64,000 bases of DNA from Isurus oxyrinchus (GCA_026770705.1 JANJGN010000013.1:40548001-40612000), one strand, 5' to 3'; shown: positions 11,241 to 23,817, counted from the stretch's first letter. Numbers and translations: made by a program. Notes: generated from the letters alone by a model not told the origin.

Positions 11241-13123
11241 GTTAGTTAGTTAGGTCCTATGTGTTTTGGGGAATGTACCTGTTACGGTTGAATAGCTGAC
11301 AATGTGTGCATGCTGTGAGACATGTAAGGCTTGTAGAAATACAAAGCACTTGAGGGTGAGGTGAAGCTCTGAATGTAAGATTTAGTTAAATTCGAGTCAG
11401 ATAGGCTGCAAGCTTGAAATTATCAAAATAAGTTAGGGGTAAAAGGTATTTGAAATGCTAATGACTAAACATGGATGAGGTCTTAGCATGTAGGGTGTGA
11501 AGGAAATTTGCATTTTTAGATAAGTGAAGGAGTTATTTGGGTTTCAAAGGGATGGTAGGATGTTTACAACCAACAAGATAAATAAGGCAATGTTATGATG
11601 TTATTTTTCCCAAAAGATACTGATCATTTTGGCAACATGAAAGATTTTTATATTATGGGAAAAGTACAGTTCCAAAGACATATAGAACAGTGAAATTTAC
11701 AGATTAAAGTGAGAGAAACATATATAAAGGAGGAAGGAAGGTGATGTTGGGAGTTGGGAAGGGTGCATGTATGATCTAACAGGAGTGTGTGAAATAGCCT
11801 TGGGGAAACCTCCAGCCAGTTTTGCAAAAGTCTGCTGTGTCCAGTAAATAAGGTTGGACAAAAGCCTTTGGAATTCCACTGTTGAAAGAGTGCTGTGGTA
11901 AATTTGTAGGCTTGCTATTTAAATTTAAAATCAATTTTTGGACTGTTGCTTTAAAGGGGGTGTGGTCCTTCTGAATGAGATTGGCAGTTTGTGCTAATAT
12001 AGCATATATTTTGTGCAGTTGGAACGTATCCACTCTGAAGTAGACTGAGGTTGTCCAAGCATTGGACCCATACAGCCAACAGAGAGGGAAAAATAAACTT
12101 TTATCAGGCCTCTGGGTCTGACATCAGTTCAGTCTAGATCAGTGTGTGTTAAAATCAAGTCCAGGGCTAGAGGTGAAAAGCACTGTGCTAATTGACTGCA
12201 CCTGCCCATCCCCACCCCAGATGCCACCGCCCCCCCCCCCCCCCACCTCCCCCCCCCACCGCCAGTTATTTTGTTATTTGGATTTCCTTCATCCACTGGG
12301 GTGACACAGCCAAGAGCTCACACTCTGGGGAGTTGGATGTCAGGTGCAGATGCTTGGTGTCCTTGCACAGTGGCACAATGGTAAGCAGTCACCAGGTGGC
12401 CACTAGGCTGAGAAGGCTCTGGGAACAGGCGCATAATATTTGCAGTGCCTTGGACTGACAGCAGGAGTGGATTCTCAGGGCTAGGACTGTGGGATGTGAG
12501 CAAGGAGTCACCATGTCAGCCTTGACCAGGGGCCTGGATTGATGATCAAGCCGAACTTCATTCACTGAGCGCAAAGTCTGGGCCAGTGGCTTGACCCAGA
12601 CTAAAGCCACGGTCCTTATAGCTGACAGTGTCCCAACAGCAGAAATTTCACACACCAGGCACCACATTCCGGTACAGAGAGGCTGGTAAACATTAGCGTG
12701 GGGTGAGGAGAATCATGAAACACCCAATTGTACAGTGTGTAGGCAGTCAGTGGGAGGGTTACAGCTGAATACAGTAATAGTCTTCCAAAAAGGAGTCACT
12801 CAGCCTATTTCCCACTCTAGAAAGAGCAAGAAGGTGTTGTGTGGTGAAGTATTTAACAGGCATGCTGTAGGGTTACTTTTCAGCTAAAGGAACGATAAAA
12901 GTTTTCACATCAACAATCACATCAAGTTCAGCACTGGTTCATTTTCAAGCAAATCCCTTTAACAGGACATTGATGAACTTTACATCCAAACTGTAGATGC
13001 ACAAGGAGATTATACTATTGTAATTTACATGGGGGTGGGGGGAGTGGGCATGATTACTAATCCTTGTGAAAACGGATCCTTCAACTAAAAAGGTTTCCAC
13101 CTATATTTCATCCAACATCTTGT

Positions 13124-13950
13124 AGTCTGATGAAAGATCATCCATCTGAAACACTGGGCTGAATTTTCCTGGCCCCATGGTGGTGGGCTTCAGGATGACT
13201 CACTGATGCATTCCTGTCTGAGTTGGGATCTTTCTCAGGAGTGGTTCAGCTGCATTTGCACAGTGAAGACTCCAATTAGGGGTGAGCTTGAGGCCTCCAG
13301 TCATTTTGATGGTGGCATGGATCTGTCCTGCTAGCTCAAAGGAGGGTCATCGGAGTCGGAAGCAGGGTGACCAATGGCCATTTTACAATGGTGTTTTACA
13401 GGATCGCACTGTATTTCAGCCAATTGTCCTGTACTGTTTCCTCATCAGCTCTTTCTAGAATGCCGTGTCTGCATTGCCCTCTGTGCCAGCCTCTGGCCTG
13501 GACACTACATAATCTATAATGCAGAGGGGGCTACATTTAAAAAAGACCACAATCATGGCCTAAACCAATCTGGGGAAGAGTTTGCCCATCCCGATTCATT
13601 AACTGGACTATAACCTTGCTATTTAATGATTGCTTTGCAGGTCAGCAAGGGCGTCTCCATTGTTCAGGTGCCCTCGGGGTCTCCTACCTGTCTCAACAAT
13701 GCCCACCTCCTCCCAGGGCCGCCCAGGCTCCAGAGCTGCTGCCTCTCTGATTGGGCCTGAAGCATCAGGCGAACAATTCGGGAGACACCTCCTGGAAGAT
13801 TGTGATTCTAGTCAATGTGGGGGCTTAGGACATGGGAAAATTCTGCCCGATGAATTCTGTTTTTCTGTCCCCACAGATGCTGTGTGACTCGATCGGGAAT
13901 GTCTCCAGAATTTTCCTCATTTTTATTTCAAATTTCCACTATAGCGACAG
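13124..13950 (+). mobile_element. Old PLE pLTR split by a MITE exactly within its hammerhead motif
   Basis: CTGATGAAAGATCATCCATCTGAAAC (13126-13152) before the MITE; pLTR continuation (...ccacagatgctg...ttcaaatttcca) after 13848. Confidence 0.6.
13156..13848. mobile_element. Harbinger-type MITE
   Basis: TIRs gggctgaattttcc / ggaaaattctgccc, similar to the ends of the Harbinger at 32926-38135. Confidence 0.75.
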
Positions 13951-13967
13951 CATGTTACTTCTGCTTC

Positions 13968-14186
13968 AAAAACAAAAATAGTTGGAAAAACTCAGCAGGT
14001 CTGACAGCATCTGTGGAGAGGAATACAGTTAACATTTTGAGTCCGTATGACTCTTCATCAGAACTCGACATAAGGACTCGAAATGTTAACTGTATTCCTC
14101 TCCACAGATGCTGTCAGACCTGCTGAGTTTTTCCAGCTATTTTTGTTTTTGTTTCAGATTTCCAGCGTCCGCGGTATTTTGCTCTT
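13968..14186. mobile_element. Penelope-like fold-back element
   Basis: Inverted arms of ~80 bp; perfect 16-bp TSD atgttacttctgcttc (13952-13967 / 14187-14202); hammerhead remnant on minus strand 14027-14065. Confidence 0.85.
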
Positions 14187-14390
14187 ATGTTACTTCTGCT
14201 TCCCTGTTGCCCAGGCTCTGAGGTGGTTGAGATCTGCATTCCTCAGCACTGCTTTTACCTTCCAGCAAACTCAGGGAGGAGCGAGCTTCAGGTCCTCGTC
14301 CAAATCGCATCGATCAGATTCCTTTGCGTTAGTCTCTTAAATGGGCAAGTATTTCATGTCCGCCTTGACAACAAAGTTAACTGCTTGGCA

Positions 14391-14634
14391 AAAACAGAAT
14401 TACCTGGAAAAATTCAGCAGGTCTGGCAGCATTGGAGGAGAAGAAAAGTGTTGACGTTTGGAGTCCTCATGACCCTTCAGCAGAACTGGGTGAATCCAAG
14501 CAGAACCCATGAGTCATGAGGACTCGAAACATCAACTCTTTTCTTCTCCACCGATGCTGCCAGATCTGCTGAGTTTTTCCAGGTAATTCTGTTTTTGTTT
14601 TGGATTTCCAGCATCCGCAGTTTTTTGTTTTCAG
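14391..14634. mobile_element. Penelope-like fold-back element, family A
   Basis: Inverted arms plus 3' tail; TSD ctgcttggca (14381-14390 / 14635-14644). Confidence 0.85.
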
Positions 14635-14803
14635 CTGCTTGGCAGCCTCGCTGCAAATTTAGTTAGACCAGGATCGCTTGGGTTCACATTAAATGGTTAC
14701 GTAATGCATGAGTGAGTCTTGAACTGCAAGCAGCACTTGTTGACCGCATAGTTGCATTAGACGATACCTTTGTCCACGAGGGAGCGTTTCGGAAGTGGGT
14801 CAT

Positions 14804-14817
14804 GTTGCCCAAGTAAC
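14804..14817 (+). promoter_or_regulatory. RFX X-box in CFAP73 promoter, with adjacent ETS-like CGGAAGTG (14790-14797)
   Basis: GTTGCCCAAGTAAC matches GTNRCCNNRGYAAC exactly, ~145 bp upstream of the ATG of a ciliary gene, in a locally CpG-enriched stretch. Confidence 0.75.
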
Positions 14818-14961
14818 GAGGTTTCCTATCCCTATGGTTACCTGGTTAGGGATAAAACAGACACAACATTCCTGGCATCTGGGCCAGTGTTCTGATTTCC
14901 GCCTCTGCAGAATATCACATTTGTTTCAAATTTCAGCAAAACCCCTAACACGTTGAAAGAA

Positions 14962-15014
14962 ATGGCAAATTTTTTCGGAGACTATTTTAATAACTTGCTC
15001 GAAGACAAGCTGAT
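14962..15014 (+). CDS. CFAP73: CFAP73 (CCDC42B) exon 1
   Basis: MANFFGDYFNNLLEDKL(I) resembles the recalled human MAVPWEEYFRLALQEKL; donor GTAAGT; phase 2 joins exon 2 in frame. Confidence 0.85.
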
Positions 15015-15438
15015 GTAAGTCAAACGTGATTTTTTTTTGTCTTACTACTTTGCAAATTGCTGCGGTTTTGGAGTAATGGTGTTAAGGAATTTCTTTATGA
15101 TTAACGTAAGAGTTTTTACGTTTACATTTACATTTCATAGAATACCGCGTTACTTTGGAATTGCAAACTTTTTTTTTACTTATTAAGGCGTATGTGGATT
15201 GCAGGAGAAATTTAGTTAACGGTGTAACAATTCCAGGGCTGTCTTATTGCTAGTACAATGCTGTTGGAATGGTTATTTGCAGTAACTATTAGTGAACTGG
15301 ATACTACATACATATAGATACCTATTCAAAAACAAGAGAGTAAAAGGACTGCTGGGGTGTGGTTAACGTCTTTGGCTAGAGAAGGTTAAAGGGAATTTCA
15401 TAGAGATGTTCAAATCATAAAGGATGAAGTAACGAACA

Positions 15439-16648
15439 CAAAAACAGAATTACCTGGAAAAACTCAGCAGGTCTGGCAGCATCGGCGGAGAAGAAAAGAG
15501 TTGATGTTTCGAGTCCTCATGACCCTTCAACAAAACTAGGTGAATCCAAGGAAAGGGGTGAAATATAAGCTGGTTTCAGGTGGGGGGTGGGGGGGGGGTT
15601 GGGGTTGGTGGGGGGCGGGGGGGAGAGAAGTGGAGGGGGTGGTGTGGTTGTAGGGACAAGCAAGCAGTGATAGGAGCAGATCATCAAAAGATGTCACAGA
15701 CAAAAGAACAAAAGAACACATAGGTGTTGAATTCCTGGGTATCACCAGAGATTGAGATAGAGAGGTCAAGGAAGGGAAGGGAAACACTCCTTTCAAGTGA
15801 AACAGCATTTCACTTGCATTTCCCCCAACTTAGTCTACTGCATTCGTTGCTCCCAATGTGGTCTCCTCAACATTGGAGAGAAAAACGTAAACTGGGCGAC
15901 CGCTTTGCAGAACACCTGCAGTCTGTCCGCAAGAATGACCCAAACCTCCCTGTCGTTTGCCATTTTAACACTCCACCCTGCTCTCTTGCCCACTTGTCTG
16001 TCCTTGGCTTGCTGCATTGTTCCAGTGAAGCCCAACGCAAACTGGAGGAACAGCACCTCATCTTCCGACTAGGCACTTTACAGCCTTCTGGACTGAATAT
16101 TGAATTCAACAACTATAGGTCTTGAACTCCCTCCTCCATCCCCACCCCCTTTCTGTTTCTTCCCCATTCCTTTTGTTTTTTTCCAATAAATTATATAGAT
16201 TTTTCTTTTCCCACCTATTTCCATTATTTTAAAATATTTTTTAAATCTTTTATGCTCCCCCACCCCCACTAGAGCTATACCTTGAGTGCCCTACCATCCA
16301 TTCTTCATTAGCACATTCATTTAGATAATATCACCAACTTCAACACCTATGTGTTCTTTTGTTCTTTTGTCTGTGACATCTTTTGATGATCTGCTCCTAT
16401 CACTGCTTGCTTGTCCCTACAACCACACCACCCCCCTCCACTTCTCTCCCCCACCCCCCCCACACCTTAAACCAGCTTATATTTCACCCCTTTCCTTGGA
16501 TTCACCTAGTTCTGTTGAAGGATCAAGAGGACTCGAAACGTCAACTCTTTTCTTCTCCGCCGATGCTTCCAGACCTGCTGAGTTATTCCAGGTAATTCTG
16601 TTTTTGTTTTGGATTTCCAGCATCTGCAGTTTTTTGTTTTTGTCTCTA
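15439..16648 (+). mobile_element. 5'-truncated Penelope-like retroelement: inverted partial pLTR + GIY-YIG end + pLTR
   Basis: TSD aagtaacgaaca (15427-15438 / 16649-16660); 15440-15731 is the reverse complement of ~16339-16607; hammerhead motif at 16508-16546. Confidence 0.9.
15790..16125 (+). pseudogene. PLE GIY-YIG endonuclease C-terminus (frameshifted)
   Basis: FTCISPNLVYCIRCSQCGLLNIGE then a frameshift to KRKLGDRFAEHL...VCHFN...LEEQHLIFRLGTLQPSGLNIEF; CCHH pattern and terminal GLN motif typical of PLE endonucleases. Confidence 0.9.
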
Positions 16649-17202
16649 AAGTAACGAACAGTTGTTTACAAGCTGAAGGACACAGTTTTAAGTACTTTGC
16701 AAAAGAACTTTAGAGATGAGATGAGAATTTTGTTACGTGGTGACTGGTTCTGATCTGAAATATATTGGCTGAAAGTGTGGTGGAAGTAGATAAAATAGTC
16801 ACTTTCAAAAAGAAATTTGATTAATAATTGTAGGAGTGAGATACGTAGGACTTTGGGGAAAATACGGGGTGTGGGACTATTGGACAGCTCTTTCAAAGAG
16901 CTGGCACTGGTATGATGGGCTGAATGGTCTCGTTCAGTGATGTATCATTGTATGATTCTATGATACTTTGGGTCTGATTTTCAGGGGCATTTTTGATTTA
17001 TTTTTCTAACTCCTGTACATTTCCCCATATCACGTGGTAGTTTTAATAAAACTTCATTTAGAGAATCTTGATAAATACGTACAATTAATGATTTAGTGCT
17101 CCTACTCCAGCCCAGTATTGCATCATAATGTTTTGAAGGTACATATTATCTACCCATTGATAAATGTTTCCTGGTGAGGATTAATAAATTGAATTTATTG
17201 CC

Positions 17203-17575
17203 CATCCAGGACAAAGCAGCCTGCTTGATTGGCACCCCATCCAGAAACATTAACTCCCTCTGCCACCGATGCACAGTAGCAGCAGTGTGTACCATCTACA
17301 TGATGCACTGCAGGAACTCAGCAAGACTCCTTAGACAGCACATTCCAAACCTACCATCTAGAAGGACAGGCAGCAGACACATGGGAACGCCATCAAGCCA
17401 CTCACCAGCTTGACTTGGAAATATATCCTTCACTGTCGCTGGGTCAAGATCCTGGAACTCCCTCCCTAACAGCGCAGTAAGGTATGCCTACACCCCATGG
17501 ACTGCTTCTCAAAGGCAATTGGGGATGGCCAATAAATACTGACGTAACCAGCGATGCCCACATCCCATGAATTAA
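17203..17575 (+). mobile_element. 3' fragment of the tRNA-headed LINE family
   Basis: IQDKAACLIGTPS.NINSL.HR.TVAAVCTIY.MHC and tail similar to 22458-22875. Confidence 0.8.
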
Positions 17576-17780
17576 TCTTTTTTTTAAATTCAGTTTGCTT
17601 TTTTGAATATACATTTTCATTTTCTAAGAATTATTATTCATTCAAAGTTGGGTAATGCCAGCATTTGTCGACCATCACTAATTGCTATTGTCCATCTAGC
17701 GCAAGTATATCCGCAGTGCTGGTAGGAAGGGAGTTCCAGGATTTTGATCAGCAATAATGCACTTGTTAATTTTTTTAACA

Positions 17781-18439
17781 GGGCTGAATTTTTCCGCTAT
17801 CTGTAAGTCCTGTTTCTGGGCCAAAAGTGGGAGCTGACTCCACTTTAATGGGTGACGGGACACAAAACAACATATTTGCCGGCAGTAGCCAATTAAGGAG
17901 CTGCTGGTCCAACATGAAGGCCAGCAGCTTGTCAGGCTCATCAGCACTACCACCAGTGGTGGTCATCGCTGATGCTGTAATGCAGGAGAGAGGGTGCCTC
18001 AATGCTGGCACATCCTTGAAGAGAGGTAAATTAGCCTGGGGGAAGCCAGGGCGATGCCATTGTTGCGGGGGTGGTGATTGCCACATTGGGTGGGGGGAGG
18101 GGATGGTGGTGGGATCCTCCATGGACAGTGAAGCACTCTTCGTCAAACAGTGCTCCTCTCTGGAACCTGCTGGGAGGTTACCAGATTTACCTGGCAGTAT
18201 CTCCATGCAGCGGCAGCGGCGGGCCATTCCAACATGGGTAAAATGCTTGCAGAGGAGAAAAGTGGCTTTGGGGTGTCTCCCTGACCACCCCCCCCTCCCC
18301 GGGTCATATTGCCAGCTCTCCCAGCTGCCAGCTTGCATCCAATGGTGTGGGAAAGCTGAGGCCATGATATTGGTAATAAGATGTGAACATCAAGGTGGCG
18401 GTACTGCATGTGCATAAACCAACCACTCATTTCTTGGCC
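17781..18439. mobile_element. Degenerate Harbinger-type MITE
   Basis: Left TIR gggctgaatttttcc; decayed right end ...tttcttggcc; GC-rich ~660 bp body. Confidence 0.55.
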
Positions 18440-21400
18440 AGAAATTTGTGTAATTCTTCCGAAGGAATTGTGTTGGCAACACTGTCTTAGATGATTATAG
18501 TTAAGATATTGAAAAGTTTAATAGGTCTGTGATTCTACAAAACCTGAAAGTGCCCTTACCTGGTTGAAGTAATTTTTATTTGGTTTTAGTGATATCAATG
18601 GGTGTCTCATATTATTGTTGCCCTGTGCAGTCACCAGTGGGTAATAAAGCAATTTTCTCACCAGTCTCTCAACTCCTTATTAGGTTATTTTTGTGTGAGA
18701 ACACAGCAGAGTCTATATATAATGCTATTTATGAAATGTCAATTCTCTCAAGCAGAACTCACAGCCAAATGAATAATGACTTGGAAAGAATAGCAACATA
18801 AAAGAGGGAATCTAATTGCCTAAACTCTATAGGATGCACTTAATCAGTGCACTTTGACAATAATGAACTAGCCTTCAAATTCTTATGAAACAGGCCAATG
18901 TTCTTGTCTTTCTTTTAAAACTTCAACAATTGTGGGTCTGTGGTTGGTCTGCTCACAAGAACACAAGAAATAGGAGCAGGAGTAGATCATATTGCCCATC
19001 GAGTCTGCTGCACCATTCAGTACAATCATGGCTGATCTTGGGCCTCAACTCCATTTTCCAGCCTGCTCCTCATATCCCTTAACTCCCTCTGGAATGTAAA
19101 ATTCCAAAGATTCATAACTCCTTGAGTGAAGTAATTTCTCCTCATCTCAGTCCTAAATGATTGGCCCCTTATCCTGAGGCTGTGTTTTAGATTCCCCAAC
19201 CAGTGAAAACACTCTCTGTGTCCACCCTATCAAACTCCCTCAGAATTTTGTAGGTTTCAATCAGATCACCCCTCATTCTCTAAACTCCAGAGAATATAAA
19301 CCCAATTTACTTACCCTTTCATCAGAGGACAACTCCCTCATTCCAGGGACTAATCTGGTGAGCGGAGGCAGTGGCAATGTGGTATTGTCACTGGACTAAT
19401 AATTGAGAGACCCAGAGTAATGCTCTTGGGACCTGGGTTCAAATTCCACCAAAGTGGATGGAATTTTAATTCATTAAAAATCTGGTATTGAAAATCTAAT
19501 GATGTAGATTGTCGTAAAAATCCACCTGGTTCACTACGTCCTCCCTTTCAGGAAGGAAAGCTGCCATCCTTACCAGGTCGGGCCTACATGAGACTCCAGA
19601 GATTGACTCTTAAATGCCCTCTGAAATGAAACTGGACCAACCACTCAGTATCAACTTTGGTACCAGAAACGACAACTGCAAACCCTGTCAACTCTGCAAA
19701 GTCCTGCTAGTGCCAAAATTGGGAGAGCTGTCTCACAGACTAGTCAAGCAACAGCCTGACATAGCCGTACTCATGGATTCGTATCTTACAGATAATGTCC
19801 CATTGGCAGGACAGGCCCTGACAGGGATGGTGATCATGGTGTCATTATCACCATCAATGATGGACTTTATTTGTAAGGTATGATTCCTGCCAGTGGGACA
19901 GGACAGCAGAGGTAATGCCACATTGGTATACAATCGGGAGGGAATTGTCCTGGAGTCCTCAACATTGACTTTGACTTTGGACCACATGAAGTCTCATGGC
20001 ATCATGTCAAACACGAGCAAGGAATCCTCCTGCTGATTACCATGTAAATCAGTACTCCTCCATGTTGAACATCACTTAGAGGAAGCACTGAGGATGACAA
20101 GGATGCAGATTGTGGTCTGGGTGGGGAACTTCAATGTCCAAGAGTGGCTCGGTAGCACCACTACTGACTGAGCTGGATGAGTCCTAAAGGACATAGCTGC
20201 TAGATTGGGTTTGCAGCAGGTGATTAGGGAACCAACAAGAGGGAAAAACATATTTGACCTCATCCTCACCAAGCTGCCTGCTGCAGATGCATCTGTCCAT
20301 GACAGTATCGGTAGGTGTGACCACCAGTATCGATAGGAGTGACGAAATCCTGTTGCCACATTGAAGGTACCCTCCATTGTGTCAAGACTGGGCATCCATG
20401 AGGCGCTGTGGGCTATTAGCAGCAGCAGAATTGTACTCGACTACAAGCTGTAATCTGACATATCCCTCACTCTACCATTACCACCAAGCCAGGGGATCAA
20501 CCCTGGTTCAATGAATAGTGCAGAAGGGCATGACAGGAGCAGCACTGGGCGTATCTAAATATGAGGTGTCAACCTGGTGAAGCTACAACTCAGGACTACT
20601 TGCATGCCAAACAGCATAAGCAGCATGCATTAGACAGAACTAAGCGATCCCCCAACCAATGGATCAGAGTTAAGCTCTGCAGTACTGCCACATCCAGTCC
20701 TGAATGCTAATGGACAATTAAACAACTCACTGAAGGAGGAGACGCCACAAATATCCCCATCCTCAATGATGGGGGAGCGCAGCACATCAGTGCAAAGGAT
20801 AAGGCTGAATTAAGCATTTGAAACAATCTTCAGCCAATTTGATGTGATATCAAGAAATGGCTGAAGGCGCTGGATACCACATGGGCCCTGACAATATTCC
20901 GGCAATAATACTGAAGCCTTGTACTCAAGAACTTGCCACATCCCTAGCCAAGTTGTTCCAGTACAGCTACTATCCAGCAATGTGAAAAATTGCCCAGGTG
21001 TGTCCCATCCACAAAAAGCAGGACAAATCCAACCCAGCCAATTACCACCCCATCAGTCTACTCTCGATCATCAGTAAAGTGATGGAAGAGGTCATCAACA
21101 TTGCTGTCAAGCGGTACTTGCTTAGAAATAACCTGCTCACTGATGCTCATTTTGGGTTCTGCCAGGATTACTCAGCTCCTGACCTTATTACAGCCTTGGT
21201 TCAAACATGGACAAAAGAGCTGAACTCCCAAGGTAAGGTGAGAGTGACTGCCATTGACATCAAGGTTGCATTTGATCAACTGTGGCATCCAGGAGCTCTC
21301 GGAAAAATTGGAGTCAATGGGAATCAGCTGGTTGGAGTCATACCTCGCACAAAGGAAGATGGTTGTGGTTGGTTGGAGGTCAATCATCTCAGCTCCTGGA

Positions 21401-21632
21401 CATCACTGCAGGAGTTCCTCAGGGTAGTGTCCTCGGCCCAAACATCTTCAGCTGCTTCATCAATGACCTTCCTTCCATCATAAGGTTGGAAGTGGGGATG
21501 TTCGCTGATGATTGCACAGTATTCAGCACTATTCTTGACTCCTCAGATACAAGCAGTCTATGTCCAAATGCAGCAAGACCTGGACAATATCCAGGCTTGG
21601 GCTGACAAGTGGCAAGTAACATTCACGCCACA

Positions 21633-22161
21633 TGTTATGGCACAGCCGATGGTAAATGCCGAGCTGCTCAAATCCCAAAGGGAAACTTGAAACAACTGCC
21701 ACAATTGTTTTGTAATTTATATTTACTTCGAGATGCGTGCCTTGAGTTCAGTAGTAATAAGACCGGGTCTTGTAGGTTTCTTACAAAACTAAATTGAACC
21801 TTTATTAAATGAAAAAAGCACATTTTAAGCACATACATAGGTTTACAAATTACTACTATGATGTCTCCTAGCTCCCCTAATTAATCTAACTCCTTGTTCT
21901 GTTAAGGCAACAGTAAACAACATAAGCCAGGATTTTCCAGTCAGTGAGCGGGGGGCGGGGCCTTAATTGGCCCGCCCATGTAAAATGGCAGTGCACCCCC
22001 GATTGGGGGCACCAATCGGAGGCGCGCCTCCACACGCCTGCTCTTCAACTCACCCCGCCTCCCCCCCCCCGAGGGGAAAATTCTGCCCATAGACACAGAC
22101 CCCACTATTACTCTACAATAAATTTCAATAACATTATGAAAATTATTACATCTTCCTGACA
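21633..22161. mobile_element. Solo LTR inserted in the LINE
   Basis: TG...CA termini; 5-bp TSD ccaca (21628-21632 / 22162-22166); LINE sequence resumes on both sides. Confidence 0.75.
21925..22088. mobile_element. Short Harbinger-type MITE (164 bp)
   Basis: TIRs agccaggattttcc / ggaaaattctgccc; TSD ata/ata. Confidence 0.8.
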
Positions 22162-23817
22162 CCACACAAGTGCCAGGCAATGACCATCTCCAACAAGAGA
22201 GAATCTCTTGACATTCAATGGCATTACCATCGCTGAATCCCCACTATCAACTTTCTGGGGATTACCATTGACCAGAAACTGAACTGGACGAGCCATATAA
22301 ATACTGTGGCTACAACAGCAGGTCAGAGGCTACAAATCCTGCAGTGAATAACTCACCTCCTGACTCCCCAAAGCCTGTCCGCCATCTACAAGGTTCAAGT
22401 TAGGAGTTTGATAGAATATTTTCCACTTGCCTGGATGAGTGTAGCTCCAACAACACTATCCAGGACAAAGCAGCCCACTTGATTGGCACTCCATTTACTC
22501 CCTCCAGCACTGATGCACAGTGGCAACAGTGTGTACCATCTGCAAGATGCACTGCAGGAACTCACCAAGGTTCCTTAGCACTTTCCAAACTCATGGCCGC
22601 TACCATCTAGAAGGACGAGAAGCATGGGAATAACATCACCACCTGGAAGGTCCCCTCCAAGGCACCCACCATCCTTACTTGGAAATATGTTGCCATTCCT
22701 TCACTATCACTGGGTCAAAATCCTGGAACTCCCTCCCCAACAATACTGAGGGTGTATCTACACAACATGGACTGTAGTGCTTCAAGAAGGCAGCTCACCA
22801 CCACCTTCTCAAGGGCAATTAGGGATGGGCAATAAATGCTGGCTTAGCCAGTGATGCCCACATCCCATGAATGAATAAAAAAAGTGAACCTTCACTACTG
22901 TCTCCAGTGCAAGTATATACTTTCTTAAATGTGGTGACCAAAATTGCACTCAGCATCCCAGATGCGGTCTTACCAAAACCCTACACAACTGTGGCAAGAC
23001 TACTTTATTATTGTACTCCAATCCCCTTGCAAAAAGGCCAACATGCCATTTGTCTTCCTAATTGCTTGCTGCATCTGCATGTTAACTTTCTGCATTCCTT
23101 GTACAAGCGCACATGTCTCTTTGAACATCAACACTTCCAAGTTTCACACCTTTTAAAATATATTCTTTATTCCTATTACGACTGAAATGAATAACATCAC
23201 ACTTCCCTACATCCTACTCCATCTGCAATCTTGTTGCCACGCACTAAACCTGTCCATATCCCTTTGCAGCCTCTCCGTGTCCTCCCCACAGCTTACCTTC
23301 CCACCTCGCGTGGTATCATCAGCAAATTTAGATACAATACTCTCTGCATCGTCTAAGTCATTAATATATATTGTAAATAGCTGAGGCCCCAGCAATGACC
23401 CTTGTGAGACTCAATTATTCACTGCCTGCCAACTTTTAAGTCCACTCTCTGCTTTCTATCCATTAACCAATACTCCATTCATGCTAAAACATTATCCCCA
23501 ACTCCATGAGCCCCTATCTTGCCTATTAACCTTTTATGTGGCACCTTACCAAGTGCCTTTTTGAAATCATGTATCCATCTACTGTTTTCCCTTTATCTAC
23601 CCTACTAGTTACATCCTCAAAAAATGGTAATACATTTGTCAAAAAAGATTTCCCCTTAGGAAAACCATTTTGACTTGTTCTTGTGCTGAAGTTTAATGGA
23701 TCAGTATATTTTAAGTCTGCTTTTTGTTGGCTGATCATGGTAAAGAATTTCTGAACCAGATTTTTATTTTATATTTGGGCAATTAATCATGGCACATCCA
23801 GATAAGGCATTCCATAG

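Larger units (their letters stand above)
19364..22883 (+). mobile_element. Near full-length decayed LINE (APE+RT, CR1/L2-group, Zenon/Crack-like) with tRNA-like 5' head
   Basis: A/B-box-like motifs at 19372-19382 and 19436-19447; APE remnants (QQPDIAVL, WVGNFNV); RT motifs NPANYHPISLL, AIDIKVAFDQLWH, GVPQGSVLGP, MFADDCT; A-rich tail. Clade assignment uncertain. Confidence 0.85.
18955..23680 (-). mobile_element. CR1 LINE fragment interrupted by a LINE insertion (pieces 18955-19363 and 22884-23680)
   Basis: 3' tail at 18955; RT motifs LGPQLFTIYINDLD..SKFADDT (23207-23395) and GFPKGKSFLTNVLPFFEDVTSRVD (23526-23680); sequence resumes across the insertion. Confidence 0.85.

Noticed and set aside
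12225-12260. Poly-proline ORF / G-quadruplex signal
   Set aside because: A simple C homopolymer tract in repeat-like DNA, with no independent support for function.
4500-14700. RASAL1 exons (human neighbour of CFAP73)
   Set aside because: No C2/RasGAP-like exon or matching N-terminus was found by eye on either strand.
17775-18417. Two overlapping 196-aa ORFs
   Set aside because: They lie within a GC-rich MITE on opposite strands and show no protein motifs or splice context.
19364-19450. Genuine tRNA gene
   Set aside because: Only degenerate A/B boxes with no complete cloverleaf; it is the head of a retroelement.
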